DNA of 64,000 nucleotides from Candidatus Marinacidobacterales bacterium (GTDB taxonomy: Bacteria; Acidobacteriota; Vicinamibacteria; Marinacidobacterales; DATDRI01): contig OZ245365.1 in the NCBI GenBank assembly GCA_965226495.1, forward strand, positions 1,056,001 to 1,120,000. Direction: 5' to 3'. Shown in pieces: positions 8,449-17,464 of this stretch (the stretch's first letter is position 1; every line of letters begins with the position of its first letter). Under the pieces are notes generated by a model that was given only the letters and a program-made list of their open reading frames with translations, had not been told where the DNA came from and ran no database searches. Both the position numbers and the translations under genes were made by a program.

Positions 8449-11168
8449 TATGCTCCCTCCCTTAGCCTTCGGGCCGCCGCCGCTCCTTCGCGCGCGTTCC
8501 TCTGCCGGCGTACAAAAATGTAGACCCCAAGCAGGAATACGGGAATGGGCGGTAAGAGGACGGCGGACGTGCGAATGCCGCTCTGGATGCGGCGAATCTG
8601 GGATTCCATTCGCTCCTCGCTGGCTCGAATCTCGACTTCCTTTTCGGACTCGATATTGGTCTTCAAGACTTCGAATCGGCGGTTCTCTACCTCTTGTAGA
8701 TTGCGCGCCATGATCTGTTTCGTTTGCGCGTCGAGGTCGGCCCGATTCTGTACTTCCGCGATGCGTTCGTCGAGACGTCCCTGGGCCTCGGCGAGCGCCT
8801 GCTCGGCTTTTTGCTCCGCTTCGCCCTCTTCCTGGGTGCGCTGCTCGATGAACGCCTGCGTTTGATCCTCCACGCGCGCGAGTGTCCGGTGTCGGACGCG
8901 CCGGTTCCGAAGGGCGATGAACGACTCGTCGCCGACGAGCGTGTCAATGGCGTTCAGGAATAAAGTCACGTTGTCGAAGTTCAGGTTGGCCGGGCCCACA
9001 CGGCGGATCTCGAAGAACTGCTCGGAGATGAAGTCGAGATCGGTGATGGTGATGACGTGGAGCGGTGTCGCCTTCCCGGAACTTTCCTCACCTTCCGTGT
9101 CATCCTCTTTCTGTTCGGCGTTATTTTCCGTGCTCTTTGCGCCTTCTCGAATTTCCGCGGCGAGCGTATAAACCATCGAATCGGGACGGTGCGGCAGGTT
9201 GCGGTTCAAACTGGCCCCGAGAAAGTTTCGTTGCACTATCTGGGAGAAGTGAAAGCTTCCCGAGAACGTGCCGGATTGCAGGAGTGGGCTATAGGTGAGT
9301 CCCTCTTTGGAAGCCGAGTCGATTTGGCCCGGGTAGAGGAGGACGAGCTGCTGAAGCTCCGACGCCGCAGCGTGGCTCGAGCTGAACACTTCTTCGTTCT
9401 CGTTGCCCCTACCGAGGAAAACCACTTCGGGAGGTAGGTGTGCGAGATCGGGATGGGGATTGTAGCCGTCCCAAGTAATCATCGCGGGGTCCCAGCGGAA
9501 GCCGAGCTCGCTCATGAATGTCCGAATATCGCCCTTGGGTTGCGGCGGCGGCTGACCCTGGCGCATGAGGGGATTCATGGTGGCACCCGGCTGCTCCGAA
9601 GGTGCCAGACCCAGGTTCACGATCGGCAGAGGATCGACGAGGAGAAGTGTCGGTACTCCTTGCTTGATGAAGGCCAGGACGTTGTCCATCTCTCCTTGAG
9701 TAAGAGAGGAGGGGAGTGGGACGAGGAGGCCGTCGACTTCCTCCGCGATCGCGCTGGCGGGGGCGATCTGTACGACTTCGTACTGCTTCTTCAGCTCGTC
9801 GACGACAGACCAAGACGGTGACGGCCGCATCGTGTTGAAGTCGAGACCTCCAAAGAGACGGAGCTGAGTCGTGATGACTCCGACTTTCTTGCGTTCCGTG
9901 TCGGCGACAACCCGGATGCTGCGAGCGATCTCGTACTCCGCTGGCAAACCGCGGTCGAAGAACTGGATGACTTGTTCCTTGCCGCCACAAGTGAACGCGA
10001 GCCCAAGGAAGACTTCCTTGAAGCCCGCCCGCGCGCTCTGGAGGTTAGGGATTTCACGGGGCTGGATGCCGAATTTCTCGCGCGCTTCCCGAGACTCCTC
10101 ACTGAAAGGCTCTGTGTCATGGATGGCGACCTGCACGCGGCCGCCACTGGCAGAGGACATTTCCTTGAGAAGTCCGAGCACGTTGGCGCGGGTCTGGACA
10201 TATTGCTCGGGCACCTCTGGGCTGATGTAGGCCTGGACGAACACTGGCCTGTCTTCGTTGATTTGTCGTAAGAGGCCCTTCGTTTCTCGGCTGAGTGAGT
10301 GGAGCCTCTCCGCCGTCGTATCGGCACGAAGACCAAGACGACCGATGATGGCGATCGCGCTCACGAGGATGACGACGATGGAGACGACGCGAATGATCTG
10401 GTGCGTCGACATACGCATTCCCTCTGCCTCGCGCGGCCAGTGTCTCCGGCTCACCAGGAGCACGTTTAGATACAAGAAGAGGCCTGCGACCGAGAGAAAA
10501 TACAGGAGTCCTGTAAAACTCACGATTCCGCGGCCGAAGTCCTCGAAGTGCAGAAAGACACCCAAAGGCTCGAGGAGTCGCGCAAGACCCGTGCTCAGGA
10601 TTGCCGCCGCCGGCTCAATGAAGACGCCGATCCCGCAAAAGACGGCACCCAAGATGAAGGCGATCGTCACGTTCGACGAGAGTTGGGAAGCGAGCATGCC
10701 AACTGCGATGAGCGCCACACCAATAAGCCAGAAGCCAAAGTAGTTCGCGACCATCAGTCCGAGGTCGGGACTACCGAGAAACAGCAGGACCAGCACGTGG
10801 CTCAGCGAGAGGGCGAGCGACGCCGTGTAGATGGACAAGGTGGCGAAGTACTTTCCGAGAACGATCTCGAGGTCGGTGGCGGGTAGCGTGAATAGGAGCT
10901 CGTCCGTGCCTTGCTTCTTCTCCTCCGCCCAGACGGACATCGTCAGTGCCGGGACGAAGAAAACGAGGAGGTAGGGGAAGATCGCGTAGAGTTGGTCCAG
11001 GTTTGCGAGGTTGTTCAGGAAGAAGCGATCCTGCCAAAAGGCGGCAGCCGCGCTCAAGAAAATGAAGAGCGTGATGAAGACGTAGCCGGTAGGACTGCTG
11101 AAATACATTCGCAGGTCGCGTTTCGCGATGGCGCGCACGATGTTGAAGTTCACGTTCTTCGGCATCAC
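8448..11168 (-). CDS. ABC-2 permease fused to GldG-like auxiliary domain (GldF-GldG fusion)
   Basis: YFSSPTGYVF, WAEEKKQGTDELLFTLP, DTTAERLHSLS, EYEIARSI, C-terminal coiled coil and TM. Confidence 0.85.
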   Translation of the reverse strand: MMPKNVNFNIVRAIAKRDLRMYFSSPTGYVFITLFIFLSAAAAFWQDRFFLNNLANLDQLYAIFPYLLVFFVPALTMSVWAEEKKQGTDELLFTLPATDLEIVLGKYFATLSIYTASLALSLSHVLVLLFLGSPDLGLMVANYFGFWLIGVALIAVGMLASQLSSNVTIAFILGAVFCGIGVFIEPAAAILSTGLARLLEPLGVFLHFEDFGRGIVSFTGLLYFLSVAGLFLYLNVLLVSRRHWPREAEGMRMSTHQIIRVVSIVVILVSAIAIIGRLGLRADTTAERLHSLSRETKGLLRQINEDRPVFVQAYISPEVPEQYVQTRANVLGLLKEMSSASGGRVQVAIHDTEPFSEESREAREKFGIQPREIPNLQSARAGFKEVFLGLAFTCGGKEQVIQFFDRGLPAEYEIARSIRVVADTERKKVGVITTQLRLFGGLDFNTMRPSPSWSVVDELKKQYEVVQIAPASAIAEEVDGLLVPLPSSLTQGEMDNVLAFIKQGVPTLLLVDPLPIVNLGLAPSEQPGATMNPLMRQGQPPPQPKGDIRTFMSELGFRWDPAMITWDGYNPHPDLAHLPPEVVFLGRGNENEEVFSSSHAAASELQQLVLLYPGQIDSASKEGLTYSPLLQSGTFSGSFHFSQIVQRNFLGASLNRNLPHRPDSMVYTLAAEIREGAKSTENNAEQKEDDTEGEESSGKATPLHVITITDLDFISEQFFEIRRVGPANLNFDNVTLFLNAIDTLVGDESFIALRNRRVRHRTLARVEDQTQAFIEQRTQEEGEAEQKAEQALAEAQGRLDERIAEVQNRADLDAQTKQIMARNLQEVENRRFEVLKTNIESEKEVEIRASEERMESQIRRIQSGIRTSAVLLPPIPVFLLGVYIFVRRQRNAREGAAAARRLREGA

Positions 11169-11941
11169 GACAGCTCTCCCGCGGCAGGCTCGGGACGTTC
11201 CGAAGGGGGCGCCATAGTGGAGGTCAGCCGGTAGAAGGGCTTCTCGAGAGATCCCCCTTCTTCGAGCTCTCGAGGCGTACCTTCGAACACGAGCCGTCCG
11301 TTGTGGACGAAAAGCACGTAGTCCGCGACTGCGTCTACTTCTTGCAGAATGTGGGTCGAGATGAGGATGGTCTTATTGCTGCCGAGATTGCGGATGTTCT
11401 CGCGGAACTGTCGGATCTGATTGGGGTCCAGACCGGCGGTGGGCTCATCCATGATGAGGACCTCCGGATCGTGGAGGAGCGCCTGCGCGAGCCCCACTCT
11501 CTGCTTGAGTCCTCTCGAGAGTTTGCCTATGGGCTTCTCCATCACTTGGTGGAGTGCACAAAAACTGCGAACGAAATCGAGGCGGTCTTTCAACTGCTGC
11601 GGACTCATCTCACGCGCTTCGCCGAAGAACTCGAGGAGCTCCTTCGGTGTCATGTCCGGGTAGAGCGGACCGTTCTCCGGAAGATAGCCGAGCTTCTTGG
11701 ACGCCTCGATGCGCTCCTTGTGTACATCGAGCCCGGCGATGCGCGCGGCCCCGGCGCTCGGGGCGAGATAGCCCGTTAGCATCTTCATCGTCGTGGTCTT
11801 GCCGGCACCATTTGGTCCCAGGAAAGCGACGATCTGCCCTTCCGGAATGGAAAAGCTGATGTTCTCTGTGGCGACGAAGGGCCCGTAGTACTTCGTCAGA
11901 CCCTGCGCCTCGATCATCGGTTTCGAGGAAGCGGTTTCCAT
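11165..11941 (-). CDS. ABC transporter ATP-binding protein (GldA-like)
   Basis: Walker A GPNGAGKTT, signature LSRGLKQR, Walker B ILMDEPT-type (LIMDEPT), H-loop ISTH. Confidence 0.92.
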   Translation of the reverse strand: METASSKPMIEAQGLTKYYGPFVATENISFSIPEGQIVAFLGPNGAGKTTTMKMLTGYLAPSAGAARIAGLDVHKERIEASKKLGYLPENGPLYPDMTPKELLEFFGEAREMSPQQLKDRLDFVRSFCALHQVMEKPIGKLSRGLKQRVGLAQALLHDPEVLIMDEPTAGLDPNQIRQFRENIRNLGSNKTILISTHILQEVDAVADYVLFVHNGRLVFEGTPRELEEGGSLEKPFYRLTSTMAPPSERPEPAAGELS

Positions 11942-12238
11942 GGAACGTGTACCTCCTTAATTAGTGTGAGTTTGCGGGGCTCTGTCGGCTGAGTTCGTTC
12001 CGAGCGCCCCCCAAGCCCAAATGGTAGGAACGTCCGATTCTACTCAAACGCTCTCATCAATACAAGTCTCGATAGCGTTATAACAGTTATGAACAAAGGG
12101 GTTAACTGGTTGGGGCACCGAGTGGTGCGTGAAAAAGGTAGGAACCCCTTTGAAGAGGCGAGATTGCGCCCCCCGGGAACGCCTCGTCCAGACGAAGCTA
12201 TCGCGAGGGGGGAGAAACCCAAGTGAGGCTAACAAGGG

Positions 12239-12265
12239 GCTTACCAGGTGGGTGGCACCTGGTGG
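12239..12265. repeat. Left copy of 27-bp imperfect inverted repeat flanking the MNIO operon
   Basis: gcttaccaggtgggtggcacctggtgg vs reverse complement of 14681-14707 (gcttaccaaatgggtggcacctggtag): 24/27 identical. Confidence 0.8.
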
Positions 12266-12322
12266 TCGACTGCAGCTGGTGGTCGACTGCAGCTGGTGGT
12301 CGACTGCACCTGGTGGTCGACT
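12255..12322. repeat. 17-bp tandem repeat x4 (gca[c/g]ctggtggtcgact)
   Basis: Four consecutive units without spacers, abutting the stop codon of the DUF2063 gene. Confidence 0.9.
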
Positions 12323-13154
12323 ATTCGACGGCCTGGAAGATGCCTTCGCGAACCCAATCCCGGAACCAGCGAAAGAGCTGCTCCTCGCCCACCACCCCTC
12401 GTCCTCGCATTTTCCGAGTTGCAGCCACCGCATCGCCCAGGGCGGTCCCCTCGGCGAGAGCTTGGAGCAGGTCGTGCGCTGACCGGGATAGCTCGAGGCG
12501 CCAACAAGCGTAGTTGCGGCGGAAGACGGCGACCCTCGTGTCCTTCTTCCGGGCGTTCGGATGATCGTGGTCGTCTTCCTTCACCGATGTCAGGTAGGCG
12601 TTAACCGGGTACTGAAAGGACAGCAATTGAAAGGCTTCGATAGGCCGGAGCCGCGCGTCCGCCCAAGCCTCCGTCGGAACCTGAGCGATTTGTTCCGTGG
12701 TGAGAACAGGGGACTCGGGTGCATCGAAAACCTGACTCACGGCGAGCTCTAGTCGCGCCAGATCATGGAGAAACCCTCGTCGCGCGATCCCCGAGGCGGC
12801 ACGGATGTACTCCGGCAAATGATCTCCCAGACGATTGAGGGTATAGCTCCGCGAGGGGAAGGCCTCGACGTACGCGGCGACAAGCTCGTTGAACGCCTCG
12901 TCACCCAAGAAATGGGCGAGGGCGGGGTAGTCCGTCTCCAGGGCTTCCGCGAGGCGAACGAGATACATTCCGCGATAGACGTCCAGGCGCTCGAGCGATG
13001 TCAGCGTCGAGGAGGGCAGGATGATCCTCGTGACCTCGTCGGCGGGAATTCCTTCCGATGCCGCCGCGTCGAGCGCGTCCTCCTCGCTACCCGGGTGGAC
13101 GATGAACGTCTGCATCCACCGCTGGAATTGTTCCAGCTGGATCTCAGTTGCCAT
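12321..13154 (-). CDS. DUF2063 / HvfC-BufC-like MNIO partner protein
   Basis: LEQFQRWMQTFI, ERLDVYRGMYLVRL.EAL..DYPAL...LG...F..L..AY....PSRSYTL, DLARLE; overlaps end of DUF692 gene. Confidence 0.88.
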   Translation of the reverse strand: MATEIQLEQFQRWMQTFIVHPGSEEDALDAAASEGIPADEVTRIILPSSTLTSLERLDVYRGMYLVRLAEALETDYPALAHFLGDEAFNELVAAYVEAFPSRSYTLNRLGDHLPEYIRAASGIARRGFLHDLARLELAVSQVFDAPESPVLTTEQIAQVPTEAWADARLRPIEAFQLLSFQYPVNAYLTSVKEDDHDHPNARKKDTRVAVFRRNYACWRLELSRSAHDLLQALAEGTALGDAVAATRKMRGRGVVGEEQLFRWFRDWVREGIFQAVE

Positions 13155-14007
13155 GGGTGTTCGCCGCCAATGGTTTGATCACGGTCTCACGATAGGCGCT
13201 GGCTTTCAAGACTTCGTCGTGCACGACGCCGAACTCCGGAATGTCGGCGTCCCATTCGAGAAGCGTAGCCACACCGCCTGTTCGCTGACAGCTCTGTCGG
13301 TAGAGCTCCCAGACCTCGTCGATCACATGGTCATTGTGCGTGTCGATGATGTGAGTCCCCTTGTTGGTGTGTCCCGCGAGGTGATATTGGACCACGCGAT
13401 CGGCGGGGATGGCATCGATGTAGACGCGCGAGTCGAATCCGTGGTTGAAAGAGCTGACGTAGACGTTGTTCACGTCGAACAAGATCCCGCAGTCAGCCTC
13501 TTCGAGGAGCCGCACGAGAAAGTCCCACTCCGTCATCGCGGAGGACTCAAACTCCAGGTAAGTCGACGCGTTCTCCAAAATCAGCGGTCGTTCCAAAAAG
13601 TCCGAGACTTCTTTGACCCGCGATACTGTGTGCCGGAGCGCCTCTTCTGTATACGGCATCGGCAGGAGATCGTGGACGTTCTGGCCCGCGACTCCCGTCC
13701 AACACAGGTGATCGGAGATCCAATGCGCCTTGGCGCGCGCCGCCAGCTCCTTCAGCTTGCGCAGGTAATCCCAGTCGAGAGGGTCGCCGCTGCCGATATT
13801 CATGGACACGCCGTGCATGGCGATGGGATAGCGCTCCGCCACCTGGTCGAGGATGTAGAGCGGCCTTCCTCCCGTGTCCATGAAATTCTCGGATAGGATC
13901 TCGAACCAATCCACGTCGGGATGATTGGCGAGGATGTGCCCAAAGTGGACAGTACGCAGGCCAACCCCCAGCCCGAGATCGGGGAAGTTCCAACGATTGG
14001 CAGTCAT
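13144..14007 (-). CDS. DUF692 multinuclear non-heme iron oxidative enzyme (MNIO; MbnB/BufB family)
   Basis: GVGLRTVH, WFEILSENFM, HGVSMNIGS, SDHLCW, HDLLPMPY, LEN, DVNNVYVS, QYHLAGH, IDTH, LLEWD; likely start ATG at 14007. Confidence 0.95.
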   Translation of the reverse strand: MTANRWNFPDLGLGVGLRTVHFGHILANHPDVDWFEILSENFMDTGGRPLYILDQVAERYPIAMHGVSMNIGSGDPLDWDYLRKLKELAARAKAHWISDHLCWTGVAGQNVHDLLPMPYTEEALRHTVSRVKEVSDFLERPLILENASTYLEFESSAMTEWDFLVRLLEEADCGILFDVNNVYVSSFNHGFDSRVYIDAIPADRVVQYHLAGHTNKGTHIIDTHNDHVIDEVWELYRQSCQRTGGVATLLEWDADIPEFGVVHDEVLKASAYRETVIKPLAANTHGN

Positions 14008-14090
14008 AGGAAGGACGTTCGTGTAGCCACACCAACAGGGAACGAGGGAGGTCACGGGGACGCCCGTGACCTCCTATCAGAACACAGCGA

Positions 14091-14450
14091 CTACTTTTTC
14101 TTCTGGTGCTCGGGCTTCAGAGGAACTTCGCAACCGCCCTGACCCTTGCAGTCGTTCTTGCCTTCTTTGCCACCGCAACCGCCCTGGCCCTTGCACTCGT
14201 TCTTGCCCTTGCAATCGTGCTTGGCGGCGGCAGAGGCGCAGCCGCCCTTGCCTTTACAGTCGTTCTTCCCCGCGCACTCGTTGTTATCGGTTTTGCAGCC
14301 ACCTTGCCCCTTACACTCGTTGTGGCCCTTACAGATATGCTTGGCCTCTTTCTCCTCCTCGGCCTTCTTTTCCTGCCCAAAGGCCTTGGAGCCGACGAGC
14401 ATGCCCGCAACCGTGGCGCCCATCAGCTTGTTAAAATCTCTCCTATCCAT
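14091..14450 (-). CDS. Cys-rich MNIO RiPP precursor, BufA2/bufferin-like, with Tat-type leader
   Basis: MDRRDFNK twin-arginine leader, AFG cleavage site, 11 Cys in CKGHNECKGQGGC / CAGKNDCKGKGGC / CKGKNECKGQGGC / GKNDCKGQGGC; GGAGGA RBS; directly upstream of DUF692. Confidence 0.88.
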   Translation of the reverse strand: MDRRDFNKLMGATVAGMLVGSKAFGQEKKAEEEKEAKHICKGHNECKGQGGCKTDNNECAGKNDCKGKGGCASAAAKHDCKGKNECKGQGGCGGKEGKNDCKGQGGCEVPLKPEHQKKK

Positions 14451-14578
14451 CAGTCCTCCTCCCCCGGCTCAACGCTCACATCCGGGCCCTCACACCTTGT
14501 AGTACGTCGTGGCCGGCATAACGGATTACATCTCTCGAAGGCGAGAAGCCCGGTCCGCTGTCGCGCCGGTAGGCGACT

Positions 14579-14606
14579 AATATACGGCGCCCCGCGTTAA
14601 AGTCAA
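14579..14606 (-). promoter_or_regulatory. Putative sigma70-type promoter of the MNIO operon
   Basis: Minus strand TTGACT-N16-TATATT about 130 bp upstream of the precursor start. Confidence 0.5.
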
Positions 14607-14680
14607 TGACTAACTTCTTGGGTCCGTTACAACTGGACAAGGCTATGTTTTACAATGGGTTGTAGCCGTTCGCCACGGAT

Positions 14681-14707
14681 CTACCAGGTGCCACCCATTT
14701 GGTAAGC
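14681..14707. repeat. Right copy of 27-bp imperfect inverted repeat flanking the MNIO operon
   Basis: ctaccaggtgccacccatttggtaagc, inverted relative to 12239-12265. Confidence 0.8.
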
Positions 14708-14880
14708 ATGCCAATCGTGGTCGGCAACGCACCTGATTACGACCTGCTGCCCCCGCAGGTCGGTGCCGCCTGGAAGACTGATCATCAATAAGAATGGCCG
14801 GCCAGGCGTCCTACAGAAACGAGCAAACGACGAAGGCAGGTCCGCGCCGTGCTAACTCGCCCGATGAGAACGGCACGGAA

Positions 14881-15366
14881 TCACATGCGAATCTCCCGGT
14901 TTTTGATGAGCAGGTTTCCCGCGGCGTCGAAAGCGTTCTTGAGAGTGAAGGCTCGCGGAGACGGTCCAGCCTCCCACAGCCGGTCAAACCGTCCCAAAGC
15001 CTGCTCTACCGTCGGAAGCTGGCCCGCTTCGATCCACCACAGCACCAGCGATGGGCGCTCGGCCGAATGAAACCACTCGCGTCGCTTGCGAAAGAAATCT
15101 CCATGCAGCTCTCGGTACGTGTAGCGCTTGAGGTCTTCAATGGATTGCCACACCGACATGTTGAAGAGAACAAGCGGATCGCCGAGCACCCGCACGTCGG
15201 TGGCGTCCCCCACTTCGGTTTGAAACCTCCAGACGAAGCCCGGGGCCTGCTCCGCGGTGGCATTCACCCGCGCGAGGCCTTCCCGAAATTCGAACATGCT
15301 TGCATCTTGAAGTGGATGAAGCATCCAGGCCAGGTTGGCTTGCGCCAGATGTTTCGCTCGAGCCAT
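14881..15366 (-). CDS. DUF3291 domain protein
   Basis: HLAQAN, AEQAPGFVWR, NMSVWQSIEDL..YTY...H..F..KRREWF, LWWI, GPSPRAFT. Confidence 0.85.
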   Translation of the reverse strand: MARAKHLAQANLAWMLHPLQDASMFEFREGLARVNATAEQAPGFVWRFQTEVGDATDVRVLGDPLVLFNMSVWQSIEDLKRYTYRELHGDFFRKRREWFHSAERPSLVLWWIEAGQLPTVEQALGRFDRLWEAGPSPRAFTLKNAFDAAGNLLIKNREIRM

Positions 15367-15403
15367 GCCTCCATTTTGTCAACGGCAAGAACGGAAGTAT
15401 AGG

Positions 15404-16210
15404 ATGGGGCTGAGGATGGGACAGGATTTGCTTCAACTGACGCGATTTCGAATCGACGATCAGACGCATGGGGCGGGGCAAGTGCTTCCATGGCACACCC
15501 ACGATGCGCCGCTGTTGAGCCTCGTTCTGGAAGGTCGGTACGAGGAGGTGTACCCCCACCGTCACTTCAACTGCGGGCCGTTCGACCTGGTGTTGAAGCC
15601 GGGAGGCGAACGCCACTCCGATCAGGTGGGTGACGGGGGTGCACGTTCCCTGTTGGTCGCTCTATCGACCGGTCACGACCTGGAGATGGAGAGATTCGTG
15701 AGCTCTCTCTCCGAGCCGCGGGTTGTCTCCGACCCGCGTGTGCGCCATCTCGTGCGGCGCACTGCCCGCGAGTGGCGGATGAGGGACGAGCTGACGTCCC
15801 TTGCGCTCGAAGCGGGATTGCTCGAGCTCGTCGTGAGTCTCGCACGTGGATCCCGGCCACGAAACCGTTCGCGCGGCAGGCCACCGAGATGGTTGACGCG
15901 AGCCGACGAACTCATCAGCGACACCTACCGAGGAACCGTCGTCCTCGACGAGGTGGCGAAGGAATGCGGCGTCCATCCCGCGCATCTCGCTCGCGCGTTT
16001 CGCAAGTGGCGCGGGTGTTCGATTGGCGAGTACGTTCGCGCGCTGCGAATCGAAACGGCGGTGCGGGCGCTCACCGACACCGATCTGCCGCTTACGGAGA
16101 TTGCGCTCTCTTCGGGGTTCTACGACCAGAGCCACATGGGACGCGCACTGCGGCGAAGCCTCGGGGCGACGCCCCTCGAGATCCGGAGTCGGCGTGGAAG
16201 GTGCGAGTAA
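15404..16210 (+). CDS. AraC family transcriptional regulator with cupin sensor domain
   Basis: WHTHD cupin motif; VHPAHLARAFRK...EYVRALRI...IALSSGFYDQSH AraC HTH; divergent from DUF3291; start uncertain. Confidence 0.88.
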   Translation: MGLRMGQDLLQLTRFRIDDQTHGAGQVLPWHTHDAPLLSLVLEGRYEEVYPHRHFNCGPFDLVLKPGGERHSDQVGDGGARSLLVALSTGHDLEMERFVSSLSEPRVVSDPRVRHLVRRTAREWRMRDELTSLALEAGLLELVVSLARGSRPRNRSRGRPPRWLTRADELISDTYRGTVVLDEVAKECGVHPAHLARAFRKWRGCSIGEYVRALRIETAVRALTDTDLPLTEIALSSGFYDQSHMGRALRRSLGATPLEIRSRRGRCE

Positions 16211-16249
16211 GCCGCCGTTTCGACTCAAACCAGCGGGCCGTGGGCGCGA

Positions 16250-17023
16250 TCAGCAACCTCGCGTGAAGTACCACACCCAGGGACCCTTGTCCTGCGAGCG
16301 CCAGCGTATCCACCCTTCGGTAACTTTCGTCTCGATCGCCTCGCCGGCGCAGTAATCCGAAGGCTGGGTGACGCGAGCCTTCATCCAGTCACCTCGAAAC
16401 TCGATGGGCTCGAGATGGTGGTCGCCAGCGATCCAATGAAGGCGTTCAGCGGTCTCGTCGGGACCGGATCGCAGAGCGTGGGGCACCTCGGTCCGGAAAT
16501 GGAGCGGCGAGATTTCGCCACTCGTGAAGCGCTCCTCCCAGCCCTCGAGCCGCAGTCTTTGATCCTGTAAGTGACAAGTGTGGAGCCACGCCGTTCCGTC
16601 CTGATCGCCCGCTGGCTTCCCGTACCTAAACCGTATCCATCCGTCGCTTTGCTCCAGGACGACAAAGCTCATCGACTCGTAGCCGGTCTCGACCATTCCG
16701 GCGGTGCCTGCTGCGACGGACTCAGTCGACTCATCTGCATCCACGAGCCACCCGTTGATGAACCAAGCAAAAGGCTCACCTCTCGGGTTCTCGTAGAGGG
16801 GGAGGGCGACCTTCAACCACCAGTCCCAGATGTCCTCGCGGCCATTTAGAGTCAAATGGCCGATACCCAACGGCGACTCGGTGTAGCCGCCGGCCCAATC
16901 GTAAAGCGAGCCGAAGGAGGTGTTGGCGTCGAGTGGCGGAGGAACTCGGGGCGCTTCGTCAGAATGCCCGTCATCACAGGGTGAGGGAGCCACGAGCAAA
17001 AGGGCGAAGAGAATTCCGCTCAC
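16250..17023 (-). CDS. Secreted hypothetical protein (possible SH3-like modules)
   Basis: Short signal-like N-terminus; GDWMKARV...GWIRWR and GWIRFRY...AWL patterns; ends FTRGC. Confidence 0.55.
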   Translation of the reverse strand: MSGILFALLLVAPSPCDDGHSDEAPRVPPPLDANTSFGSLYDWAGGYTESPLGIGHLTLNGREDIWDWWLKVALPLYENPRGEPFAWFINGWLVDADESTESVAAGTAGMVETGYESMSFVVLEQSDGWIRFRYGKPAGDQDGTAWLHTCHLQDQRLRLEGWEERFTSGEISPLHFRTEVPHALRSGPDETAERLHWIAGDHHLEPIEFRGDWMKARVTQPSDYCAGEAIETKVTEGWIRWRSQDKGPWVWYFTRGC

Positions 17024-17032
17024 GCGACGCGT

Positions 17033-17359
17033 TCAGCCCTTAGGAACGATCTTCCCGGCAAGCGTTTGGGTGACGATCTTGCCGTCGCGAATGACGAACG
17101 TGTCGGTGGCGAGCTCGTAGACATTGTCTGCGGTCTCGCCGTCGACGATTTGGGTCTTCATCTCGAACGAAGCTCCCGGTTTTGCGAACTCCGCAAAGAA
17201 AGCTTCGAACAACGATCGCATCTCGCCCGGACCCCGCAAGATTCCGTCGGACGTAAAGAGAACGGACTCTTCGGTATAGTCTTCGAGAATGCCGTCCAAG
17301 TCGCCTTCTCCGAAGGACTTCAAATGGTGCTCGAGTATTTGCTGCGTGGTTGCTGGCAT
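17033..17359 (-). CDS. SnoaL/NTF2-like protein with an apparent internal deletion
   Basis: LEHHLKSFGEGDLDGILEDY...ATDTFVIRDGKIVTQT; a segment appears missing at GETADNVYE. Confidence 0.75.
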   Translation of the reverse strand: MPATTQQILEHHLKSFGEGDLDGILEDYTEESVLFTSDGILRGPGEMRSLFEAFFAEFAKPGASFEMKTQIVDGETADNVYELATDTFVIRDGKIVTQTLAGKIVPKG

Positions 17360-17464
17360 ACCGTCATCGAAACCGTAGTTAAATAAATGTTACGAGGTCG
17401 GTGGAAGTGTCAAGCGTGCGCTTGGCCGTTCGGCTGAGGTGTAGATGCTCCGTCGTCGATATCC

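Noticed and set aside
12255-12322. Possible CRISPR array
   Set aside because: Units are 17 bp, contiguous, with no unique spacers and no cas genes in the window
13021-13896. Long antisense ORFs (also 55736..56881, 48140..48898 and others)
   Set aside because: Typical shadow frames of GC-rich genes with no recognisable motifs
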